From Nitrospirota bacterium (GTDB lineage Bacteria; Nitrospirota; UBA9217), in NCBI GenBank assembly GCA_963751455.1, contig CAVVUN010000015.1, forward strand, positions 334,080-366,079: 32,000 nucleotides of DNA, in the 5' to 3' direction. The notes under the pieces were generated by a model. It made no database searches, was not told the origin of the DNA, and was given only the letters and a program-made list of their open reading frames with translations. A program made the translations under genes and the position numbers. Shown one piece after another: positions 8,152 to 15,503 of the stretch; the stretch's first letter is position 1, and each line of letters starts with the position of its first letter.

Positions 8152-9903
8152 ATGGCTGATGCACCACCTAAAAAGAAGATGGTCGGCGAACTGATGGTCG
8201 CCTCCGGCATGATCAACGAGTCGCAGTTAAAAAGGGCGCTCGACGAACAGAAAAGTCGGGGCGGCAGGGTCGGTGAATTGCTCGTCAACATGGGTTTCAT
8301 CTCGGAGTACGATTTCGCTTCGATTCTCGCGAAACAGCTGAATCTCGGGTATATAGAAATTGAAAAAGAGCTGGTAAACGGCAAGATTGTCAGGTGTATT
8401 CCCGAGGAGATGGCGAGGCGCCTTGTGGCCCTTCCCCTGTACGAGCAAAAAGAGAAGGTCGTCGTGGCAACGGCCGATCCTTTGGATATATTCGCGCTCG
8501 ATGATATCAGAAACGCCCTTTCAAGGGACGTCGTGCAGGTCGTGGCGACAAGGAGCGATATCCTGAGCGCCATAAGCCGGTATTACGGCATGGACCCGGC
8601 GCTGGAGACCGCGCCTGCTGCAAAGGGAACACAGGCCGCGACGGACGATGGAGGCGAACCCGACATTGCATCCGCGGAGGACGCCCCGATAGCGAAGCTC
8701 GTGAGCGGTCTGCTTGCGCAGGCCGTCATGGACCGCGCGAGCGATATCCATATCAACGGCGAGGGAAAGACCATCAAAGTCCGGTACCGGATCGACGGCG
8801 CGCTCAGGGACGTGAGGTCTCTCCCTCGGGAAATGCATGCTTCAATCGTCTCGCGCATCAAGATCCTTGCCCATATGGATATCGCCGAGAAGCGCGTTCC
8901 GCAGGACGGCCGCTTTCAGGCAAGGGTTACGCATACGGCGTCAGGGCCGGTGGTAACGTCGGTTTTCAGCAGCCGTGCGTCATTTCGCGCGGATGACGAG
9001 GCCACGGTCGATATCAGGGTATCGACACTCCCCGTGATCCAGGGAGAAACCGTGGTCATGCGAATTCTGACCCGGACCAATCTCATTAATAACGTCGAGG
9101 GCCTTCAATTGAATCCGGACCTGCATGTCCGGTACACGAAACTTATTGCCCGTCCCTTCGGCATGCTGCTGGTAACAGGGCCCACAGGCAGCGGAAAGTC
9201 CACGACCCTCTATGCAAGCATAAATTCCCTTGACCGGACTAAAAACAATATCATTACCGTGGAAGACCCGGTCGAGTATCAGATCAGCGGGGTCAACCAA
9301 CTACAGGTGAACCCAAAAGCCGGCGTCACATTTGCGAGCGGGCTCCGTTCCATTCTTCGGCAGGACCCCGACATCATCATGGTGGGAGAAATACGGGACC
9401 GGGAAACCGCCGAAATCGCCATTCACGCTGCGCTTACCGGGCACGTGGTCTTCTCCTCGCTCCATACCAATGACGCTGCGAGCGCCGCCAGCAGGCTGAT
9501 CGAGATGGGCATCGAGCCGTTTCTGATCGCTTCTTCCATTACGGGTATCGTGGCCCAGCGCCTGATACGGAAAATATGCGACCAGTGCAGAAAACCATTT
9601 TCTCCGCCTGCCGAATTGCTCAAAACGCTCGGTATACCTCCGACCGGCAGATTTTTCCGGGGAGAAGGATGCCCGCATTGTAAAAACACGGGGTATCACG
9701 GCAGGATCGGACTGTATGAGCTTATCGAGATGACCGATACGATCCGCGGGTTGATCGTTTCAAAGGCGCCGAGTTCAGTAATGAGAACAGCGGCTGCCCG
9801 GGAAGGGTCCATCAGCCTGCGTCAGGAAGGGCTTCGTAAGGCCGCTGCAGGCATCACCACGCTGGAAGAAGTTCTTCGAGTGACCATGGAAGATGCGGTG
9901 TAA
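8152..9903 (+). CDS. pilB: Type IV pilus/T2SS assembly ATPase PilB (GspE family) with N-terminal MshEN-type domain
   Basis: 583 aa with an AGGAG SD. Walker A GPTGSGKST; Walker B/Asp box DPDIIMVGEIRD; His box; tetracysteine CDQC...CPHC. The N-terminus carries two 24-residue MshEN-like motifs (aa 10-62). Confidence 0.9.
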   Translation: MADAPPKKKMVGELMVASGMINESQLKRALDEQKSRGGRVGELLVNMGFISEYDFASILAKQLNLGYIEIEKELVNGKIVRCIPEEMARRLVALPLYEQKEKVVVATADPLDIFALDDIRNALSRDVVQVVATRSDILSAISRYYGMDPALETAPAAKGTQAATDDGGEPDIASAEDAPIAKLVSGLLAQAVMDRASDIHINGEGKTIKVRYRIDGALRDVRSLPREMHASIVSRIKILAHMDIAEKRVPQDGRFQARVTHTASGPVVTSVFSSRASFRADDEATVDIRVSTLPVIQGETVVMRILTRTNLINNVEGLQLNPDLHVRYTKLIARPFGMLLVTGPTGSGKSTTLYASINSLDRTKNNIITVEDPVEYQISGVNQLQVNPKAGVTFASGLRSILRQDPDIIMVGEIRDRETAEIAIHAALTGHVVFSSLHTNDAASAASRLIEMGIEPFLIASSITGIVAQRLIRKICDQCRKPFSPPAELLKTLGIPPTGRFFRGEGCPHCKNTGYHGRIGLYELIEMTDTIRGLIVSKAPSSVMRTAAAREGSISLRQEGLRKAAAGITTLEEVLRVTMEDAV

Positions 9904-9941
9904 ACTCTTCGTTTAAGACCGTAACAATCCGTTATCGCTTG

Positions 9942-10109
9942 ATCCTAAAAACGGCATTTGAACACGGATGAACACGGTAACAGCGGATCAAAACAATGTG
10001 ATAGAGCAAAAAGCCATCTCGCCTTTTGGGTGAATCCATTACTGTTCGTAACTTCCTATAAATCCGTGTTGATCAGATTTTATCCGTGTCCAACTGCTTT
10101 TTTCAGGTT
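9942..10109 (+). repeat. Family-3 MITE-like structured element, copy A (divergent)
   Basis: cctaaaaacggcatttgaacacggatgaacacgg ... ccgtgttgatcagattttatccgtgtccaactgcttttttcagg. Long imperfect terminal inverted repeats. Same architecture as copies B and C, but with ACACGG/CCGTGT where they have ACGCAG/CTGCGT. Confidence 0.6.
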
Positions 10110-10111
10110 GA

Positions 10112-10177
10112 TACCTCATTAATACTACCCAGCAGGAATTGATGATCTTCATCACGCCCGCCATCGTGACAAAATGA
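10112..10177 (+). pseudogene. Remnant of the 3' end of a second secretin gene
   Basis: In-frame translation YLINTTQQELMIFITPAIVTK-stop. ELMIFITP.I is the secretin C-terminal signature (compare SELMIFITPTIL of pilQ at 7800-7840). A stop lies immediately upstream at 10109-10111, where repeat A ends. Confidence 0.45.
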
Positions 10178-10213
10178 TCGGGCCGTCGCAGCCGCTGCTT
10201 CCGGGTTTCGTCG

Positions 10214-10242
10214 TTGACACCAGACATGCTCTGGCGTAGTAT
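10214..10242 (+). promoter_or_regulatory. Candidate sigma70 promoter giving a leaderless or near-leaderless Rieske mRNA
   Basis: TTGACA (10214-10219), 17-nt spacer, TAGTAT (10237-10242). The ATG at 10252 lies only 9 nt after the -10 element and has no SD. Confidence 0.45.
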
Positions 10243-10251
10243 GAAACAGCG

Positions 10252-10704
10252 ATGGAGACAGAGCGAAGGAAATTTATAAAGAAGGCCCTGTACGGAGTGC
10301 TCGCTCTGCTCGGTCTTGGCTTTCTCATTCCGGGCATAACCGTTTTCTCCCCGGTCGGTACGCGGGCCAAGGACCTGCTCTATTTCCCCCTGATGCCGGA
10401 GGAAGAAGTTCCCCGATCTGGCGTGAAAAAAAGCGAACTGGCGTATATGGTTTCCGGCAGGGAGCGAAAAGCGCGGGTATTCATCGTTTCTTCTCAAAAA
10501 GGTCTTACGGTGCTTTCAGCCACCTGCTCCCACCTGGGTTGCCTCGTTCAGTACAACAAACAAAAAAATGAATTCATCTGCCCTTGCCACAGCGGGAGGT
10601 ATGATCTATCCGGAAAGAATATAGCCGGGCCTCCGCCGGCTCCGCTGAATAGTCTGCCGATCAAAATCGAGAATGGCGTTGTAATGATCGGGGTCAGAGT
10701 TTAA
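10252..10704 (+). CDS. Rieske [2Fe-2S] subunit of a cytochrome bc/b6f-type complex
   Basis: 150 aa. Tat-like N-terminus (ERRKFIKKA plus TM helix). Rieske boxes CSHLGC and CPCHSGRY. Confidence 0.85.
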   Translation: METERRKFIKKALYGVLALLGLGFLIPGITVFSPVGTRAKDLLYFPLMPEEEVPRSGVKKSELAYMVSGRERKARVFIVSSQKGLTVLSATCSHLGCLVQYNKQKNEFICPCHSGRYDLSGKNIAGPPPAPLNSLPIKIENGVVMIGVRV

Positions 10705-10782
10705 CGGTCTGCGAGCGGCAAGCTGCAATGCGGTTTGCCGGAGACGCAGCAGAGGTTTGTATCTCAAAATTTGGAATACCGC

Positions 10783-11427
10783 ATGAATATTCTCGACTAC
10801 CTCAATACGCGTCTCGGTTTTTCAAGCAGGCATCGACGGGTGATCGACAGGCCTGTGCCCGCAGGAATCAATTATTTTTATTGCCTCGGCGGCGTAACCT
10901 TCACCTTGTTCGTGATGCAGGTGCTGACGGGACTCCTGTTGTCAATCCATTACAATCCCTCCGAAGCGGAAGCGTACGTGAGCATCCAGCGTCTGCAGAC
11001 GGCGGTGCCGCTCGGTCATCTGCTCCGGTCGATACATCATTGGGCCGCGAACCTCATGGTCGTTATGGTCACGCTGCACATGCTGAGGGTATTCATCACG
11101 GGCTCCTATAAAAATCCGCGGGAGCTGAACTGGATCGCGGGCTGCATTCTCTTGCTGCTCACATTGGGCTTCGGCTTTACCGGCTATCTTCTGCCCTGGG
11201 ACCAGAAGGCGTACTGGGCCACTGTGGTCGGGACGAACATGCTCGGCTCGCTGCCGCAAATAGGGCCGTGGCTTGCGTCAATAATACGAGGCGGAGAAGA
11301 AGTTTCCGGCCAGACGCTGCTTCGCTTTTTCAGCCTGCACGTGCTCTGGCTCCCTGTCTTTACGGGTTTTTTTCTCTGGGTGCATTTTCACATACTGAGA
11401 AGGGTGGGAATTTCCGGCGGTATGTGA
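10783..11427 (+). CDS. Cytochrome b6-type (four-helix) cytochrome b subunit
   Basis: Start chosen at MNILDYLNTRLG, typical of cytochrome b6/QcrB N-termini (the track start at 10735 is a TTG). Histidine pairs IHHWAANLMVVMVTLH and SLHVLWLPVFTGFFLWVH fit bis-His ligation of two hemes. Confidence 0.8.
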   Translation: MNILDYLNTRLGFSSRHRRVIDRPVPAGINYFYCLGGVTFTLFVMQVLTGLLLSIHYNPSEAEAYVSIQRLQTAVPLGHLLRSIHHWAANLMVVMVTLHMLRVFITGSYKNPRELNWIAGCILLLLTLGFGFTGYLLPWDQKAYWATVVGTNMLGSLPQIGPWLASIIRGGEEVSGQTLLRFFSLHVLWLPVFTGFFLWVHFHILRRVGISGGM

Positions 11428-11493
11428 CAGATGAAAAGGAAGAAGCAATACTGATTGGATTGTTCGAAAGATCCGGCCAACCAATGAAAGAGC

Positions 11494-11874
11494 ATGATTA
11501 ACAGCGGAAAAAATTTTTTCCCCTATATTGTATTCGAGATCACGCTTGCTGTGCTCTTCACGATCGAGGCGGTATTGATCCTCGCGGTTCTGTTTCCCTC
11601 GATAACAGGAAGGGAAATAGACTTCTCCGCCCAGTTTCAGCCCCGGCCGGAATGGTATTTTCTATTTCTGTACCAGCTTACCAAATACTTCCCGGGTCGG
11701 TTTACCTTCGTGGGAGCCGTACTCCTGCCCGGTCTCGCCTTCAGTGCTCTCCTCATGGCGCCGTTCCTTGACAGCGGGAAAGAAACAGCGGTCCGCGGCA
11801 GAAAGGGGACGCTCTTTGCCGGTTTCTCAATGCTCGGAGCGGTCATTCTGCTGACGGTCCTATCGCTGCTGTGA
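11494..11874 (+). CDS. Subunit IV-like C-terminal cytochrome b fragment (PetD/QcrC-type)
   Basis: 126 aa with three TM helices and the Qo-site PEWY motif (QPRPEWYFLFLYQL). Confidence 0.75.
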   Translation: MINSGKNFFPYIVFEITLAVLFTIEAVLILAVLFPSITGREIDFSAQFQPRPEWYFLFLYQLTKYFPGRFTFVGAVLLPGLAFSALLMAPFLDSGKETAVRGRKGTLFAGFSMLGAVILLTVLSLL

Positions 11875-11885
11875 TTGAAATCGTT

Positions 11886-12067
11886 TTAACCTGAAAACGG
11901 CAGTTGGACGCAGATGAACGCAGATAACCGCAGATCAAACAAAAGGATTTTTAGAGAAAAAAATTCACCCGCAGGGTGACTGCTTTTACGATACAAGAAC
12001 GTTTTTTTTATCCGACCTTATCTGCGTTTATCCGATTTTTCTGCGTCCCAAATGCTTTTTTTAGGTT
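11886..12067 (+). repeat. Family-3 MITE-like structured element, copy B
   Basis: ttaacctgaaaacggcagttggacgcagatgaacgcagataaccgcagatc ... tcacccgcagggtga ... tctgcgtttatccgatttttctgcgtcccaaatgctttttttagg. Lies between the convergent subunit IV and sigma54-activator genes. Confidence 0.8.
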
Positions 12068-12088
12068 CAACGATTGTTACAGCGCAGT

Positions 12089-13438
12089 CTACTTTTCTAT
12101 CCCCAGCTCCTTCAATTTTTTCCAGAGAGTGACCCTGCTTATGCCCAGGTGCTTTGCGGTAAGCGTACGATTGCCGTTATGAAGGGCAAGCGCGGCTTCG
12201 AATTTATGCCGGTCAACACTGACTCCATTCTCGCCGGGCTTGTTTTGAACGAATAAGTATTCAGGCAGGTCGCTTATCTCGATGGTGTCTCCCCTGGCCG
12301 TTATCGCGCTGTGTTCCAGAGTATTAATGAGCTGCCGGACGTTCCCCGGCCACCGGTAGTTTATGATTGCGTCAAGGGCTTCGGGGCTTATCCGGCGGAT
12401 GTCCTTGCTGTTGACATGCGCTATCTTTTTCAGGTAATGAAAAGCGACCGCCGGGATATCCTCAGTCCGGTCCCTGAGCGGGGGGACCTTGATCACCAGG
12501 GAATTTATCCGGTACAGCAGGTCTTCCCGGAACAGGTCCGAGCTGACGAGTCCGTTCAGATCCTTGTTCGTTGCCGAGATGAGCCGGATATTTACCGGGA
12601 TCGAGCGGTTATCTCCGACCCGTTCCACCAGTTTTTCTTCGATGACCCGCAGCACTTTTACCTGCATGAGTTTCGGCATATCGCCGATTTCATCGAGGAA
12701 GATGCTCCCGTCATGGGCGGCTTCGAACCTTCCTGTCCGGTCGTTTACCGCGCCGGTAAAGGACCCTTTCTTGTGGCCGAACAGCTCGCTTTCGAGCAAA
12801 TAGTCGTTGAGTGACCCGCAGTTCATTGCCACGAAAGGACCGTCCTTGCGCCTGCTGAGCGCGTGAATTGCACTGGCAACCAGGTTTTTTCCTGTTCCGC
12901 TTTCACCGAAGATGAGGACCGGAGCTTCGCTTTGAGCCGCGTTTCGGATCTGCTCGAACAGCCGCTGCATCAAGGCGCTTTTGCCGAGCAAACCCATGAA
13001 CCAGTATTCCTGCCGCAACTCGTGCTTCAGCTCTTCGAGCTCTATTTCCTTCATATAGAGCGAGGTGATGTCAGTCATCGATTCTACGGCCCCGATCATC
13101 TCGCCGTTTTCATCCTTCAGAATAGTGACGTTCTTGAGGAGATAAACAGCCCGACCGTCATTCGACCTGATCCGGCATTTTTTATTCTCAATGCCTCCGG
13201 TTTTAAATATGCAGCAATCTTTCTTTTTACCTTCATCCGATAAAATAACGCAGGTATCGCTGTCCAGTATAGTGCATTGCTGCCCGCTGACCTCTTTTCT
13301 GGAATAACCCGTAATTTCTTCTGCCGCACGGTTGAAATAGAGAATCTTGCCCTCTCTATCCACGATCATGAGCCCGTCTCTCATGGTTTCGAAGACATTT
13401 ATCAAAAAGTTCGGTTCCTTGCAGAGTTTATCGAACAT
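12089..13438 (-). CDS. Sigma54-dependent transcriptional activator (PAS - AAA+ - Fis-type HTH; no receiver domain)
   Basis: GAGGGA SD before the ATG at 13438 (the track start at 13456 is a TTG). PAS segment (FETMRDGLMIVDREGKILYFNRAAEEITGY). Walker A GESGTGK. GAFTGA-loop variant GSFTGA. C-terminal HTH LTAKHLGISRVTLWKKLKELGI. Confidence 0.9.
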   Translation of the reverse strand: MFDKLCKEPNFLINVFETMRDGLMIVDREGKILYFNRAAEEITGYSRKEVSGQQCTILDSDTCVILSDEGKKKDCCIFKTGGIENKKCRIRSNDGRAVYLLKNVTILKDENGEMIGAVESMTDITSLYMKEIELEELKHELRQEYWFMGLLGKSALMQRLFEQIRNAAQSEAPVLIFGESGTGKNLVASAIHALSRRKDGPFVAMNCGSLNDYLLESELFGHKKGSFTGAVNDRTGRFEAAHDGSIFLDEIGDMPKLMQVKVLRVIEEKLVERVGDNRSIPVNIRLISATNKDLNGLVSSDLFREDLLYRINSLVIKVPPLRDRTEDIPAVAFHYLKKIAHVNSKDIRRISPEALDAIINYRWPGNVRQLINTLEHSAITARGDTIEISDLPEYLFVQNKPGENGVSVDRHKFEAALALHNGNRTLTAKHLGISRVTLWKKLKELGIEK

Positions 13439-13461
13439 AGATCCCTCGCAGTGCAACTTAA

Positions 13462-13520
13462 TGTTAATTTACCTGTTAACTGTTAATTAACGGATGTTAA
13501 TGTTAATTATCAGATTAACA
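13462..13520. promoter_or_regulatory. Candidate enhancer (UAS): array of TGTTAAT heptamers
   Basis: TGTTAAT/TGTTAAC at 13462, 13474, 13481, 13495 and 13501, plus an inverted ATTAACA at 13514-13520. Includes the palindrome GTTAATTAAC. About 100 bp upstream of the sigma54 promoter, in the divergent regulator/usp intergenic region. Confidence 0.5.
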
Positions 13521-13594
13521 CTTTTTTGTCAACCGGAAATTATAATGAGTGGTAACATGCTGAATTTAAAGCGAATTTCATTTTTTCGACTTTT

Positions 13595-13610
13595 GGCATT
13601 GGCCTTGCTA
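13595..13610 (+). promoter_or_regulatory. Sigma54 (-24/-12) promoter of the usp-usp-usp-yeeE operon
   Basis: TGGCAT tggcc TTGCT has the exact GG-N10-GC spacing of the consensus TGGCAC-N5-TTGCW. It lies ~54 nt upstream of the ATG at 13664 and is divergent from a sigma54 activator gene. Confidence 0.7.
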
Positions 13611-13663
13611 TATATGCCCTAAATTTGTGAAGTTGTAAAATTTAAACTTTATGGAGTGCTTTT

Positions 13664-14248
13664 ATGAAAAAGGTGCTTATAGCAGTCGATGACACGAAGG
13701 CATCTCAAAATGTAATGTCGGTCTTTCATAACTTTGTTCAAAAGCCGGTAGAGGTTGTGCTGCTTCACGTCGGGAAGCTGCAAGGACGGTCCCTCATGAT
13801 TGATATGCTGGGTCAAGCGGAAATTTCGACCTTCCGGGAAATGATCAAAGGCACCGATTACAAAGCCGGCCTCGACAAAAGATCGGAACAGATACTCTCA
13901 TTTTACTCAAAACAGCTCGGCCTGACCAGTCCTTCTACCGTTAAATCCGTAAGAAGAGACGGCATCCCCTCCGAGGAAATTCTGAAGGTTGCCGAGGAAG
14001 AAGGGGCGGAACTCATCATTCTCGGACAGAGCGGCAAAAAAGGTTTTGACCGGTTCATTACGGGAAAGGTTGCCACCTATGTAGAGAAGAATGCCAAAGT
14101 GCCGGTACTGGTCGCAAAAAGGGCACTTATGTGTGAAGAGCCGTTTACCAGGAGGGACGCGTACGCCGCTGTTTCGGTTACGACGGCGGTCATGGTTGCG
14201 CTGTTTCTTCTGGGGGTGATTCTGCAGAGGGGCGGACTTATCCATTAA
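13664..14248 (+). CDS. Universal stress protein (UspA family) with an appended C-terminal TM helix
   Basis: 194 aa. MKKVLIAVDDT... and C-terminal G-x2-G-x9-G(S/T)-type motif region (ILGQSGKKGFDRFITGKVATYV). Paralogous to the next two genes. Tail AVMVALFLLGVILQRGG resembles the YeeE first helix. Confidence 0.8.
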   Translation: MKKVLIAVDDTKASQNVMSVFHNFVQKPVEVVLLHVGKLQGRSLMIDMLGQAEISTFREMIKGTDYKAGLDKRSEQILSFYSKQLGLTSPSTVKSVRRDGIPSEEILKVAEEEGAELIILGQSGKKGFDRFITGKVATYVEKNAKVPVLVAKRALMCEEPFTRRDAYAAVSVTTAVMVALFLLGVILQRGGLIH

Positions 14249-14386
14249 TCCCGCGACTATGAATCCCCGGCTTGCGCCGAGGAGGTATGCGTCGTAACCG
14301 CGGGAGTCGCGTTGTTGTGGAGAGACTCCGGCTAATGCCGGAGGAGGCTCCACTAGCATTTAAAGCACCATATCAAGGAGGTTACA

Positions 14387-14911
14387 ATGAAAAAAGTGTT
14401 GATCGCAGTAGATGAGACAGAGGGTTCAAAGTCGGTATTATCGGTTTTCCGAAACATGGTCCGTCCGCCGGAGAGCGTGGTTCTGGTCCATGTCCAGCAG
14501 CTCGAAGGCAAATCGCTCATGATCGATATGCTCGGAGAGGCAGAAATGGCGACCCTCCGTGAGTCTCTGAAAGACACAGAGCACAAAGAGGCTCTGGACA
14601 GGCAATCCCGGAAAATCCTGAACTACTACCGCAAAGAGATGGAGAACGGGGGTCTCGTCAACGTCAAGACATTGATTCGCGACGGTGTTCCCTCGGAAGA
14701 GATTATGAAAGTCGCCCAGGAAGAGGGTGTGGACCTCATTATCACGGGCTACAACGGAAAGACCCTGATGCAGAGACTTATCACCGGTTCCGTGAGCAAG
14801 AATGTGGAGAAAAATGCGCCTGTGCCGGTCCTCGTAGCAAAAAATCCGACCGAGGAAGAAAAACTGGCCTGGACAGCAGCTTCGGCCATGAATTTGAAGG
14901 AAAGTCTTTAG
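14387..14911 (+). CDS. Universal stress protein (UspA family)
   Basis: 174 aa with an AGGAGG SD. MKKVLIAVDETEGSKSVLSVF... ITGYNGKTLMQRLITGSVSKNV. Strongly similar to the neighbouring usp genes. Confidence 0.85.
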   Translation: MKKVLIAVDETEGSKSVLSVFRNMVRPPESVVLVHVQQLEGKSLMIDMLGEAEMATLRESLKDTEHKEALDRQSRKILNYYRKEMENGGLVNVKTLIRDGVPSEEIMKVAQEEGVDLIITGYNGKTLMQRLITGSVSKNVEKNAPVPVLVAKNPTEEEKLAWTAASAMNLKESL

Positions 14912-14984
14912 GCTTCCACGTGTGCGCTTCCCTGCGCCTGTAGTCAGGCCAGATAGAGCAAATATAAAACCAAGGAGGAGGTAT

Positions 14985-15503
14985 ATGAAGGTTTTAATGG
15001 CGGTAGACGAGACAGCCGGTTCAAAATCCGTAGTGAATGTTTACAAAACCATGGTCCGCGAACCGGAAAGCGTCGTCCTGGTCCATGTTCAGCGGCTCCA
15101 GGGCAAGTCGTTGATGATCGACATGATGAGCGATTCCGAGCTCAAGACCTTGAAGGAGTCGATGCAGGGTACGGACTACAAGGAAGCCCTGGACCTGAAA
15201 TCTGAAAAGATCATGAGCTTCTACAAAAAGGAATTGGAGAAAGGCTGCCCGGTCAAGGTGAAGACCGTGATGCGAGAGGGGATTCCTTCTCAAGAGATAC
15301 TGAAGGTGGCCAAAGAAGAGAAAGTAGACCTGATTATCATGGGATGCAACGGGAAGTCGGGGCTCCAGCGGCTGATTGCCGGATGCTCGACGAAGGAAGT
15401 AGAACGGGCCGCAACAGTGCCCGTACTGGTCGCAAAAACAGCCGGGTGTGAAAAAACGGCTGAATATGAATTTGAGCGGAGGGAAGCGTATGCTGCACAG
15501 TAG
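14985..15503 (+). CDS. Universal stress protein (UspA family)
   Basis: GGAGGAGG SD before the ATG at 14985 (the track ORF begins upstream at a GTG). MKVLMAVDETAGSKSVVNVY... IMGCNGKSGLQRLIAGCSTKEV. Confidence 0.85.
   Translation: MKVLMAVDETAGSKSVVNVYKTMVREPESVVLVHVQRLQGKSLMIDMMSDSELKTLKESMQGTDYKEALDLKSEKIMSFYKKELEKGCPVKVKTVMREGIPSQEILKVAKEEKVDLIIMGCNGKSGLQRLIAGCSTKEVERAATVPVLVAKTAGCEKTAEYEFERREAYAAQ

Noticed and set aside
11976-12182. 68-aa ORF starting MTAFTIQERFF, and its twin at 16584-16784
   Set aside because: Both lie inside family-3 repeat copies B and C. The shared peptide is simply the repeat read in one frame. They have no SD and run across the element boundaries into unrelated sequence.
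12311-13243. Plus-strand ORFs of 167, 104 and 126 aa
   Set aside because: They are antisense shadows of the sigma54 activator gene, whose Walker A, GAFTGA-like and HTH motifs fix the true strand.
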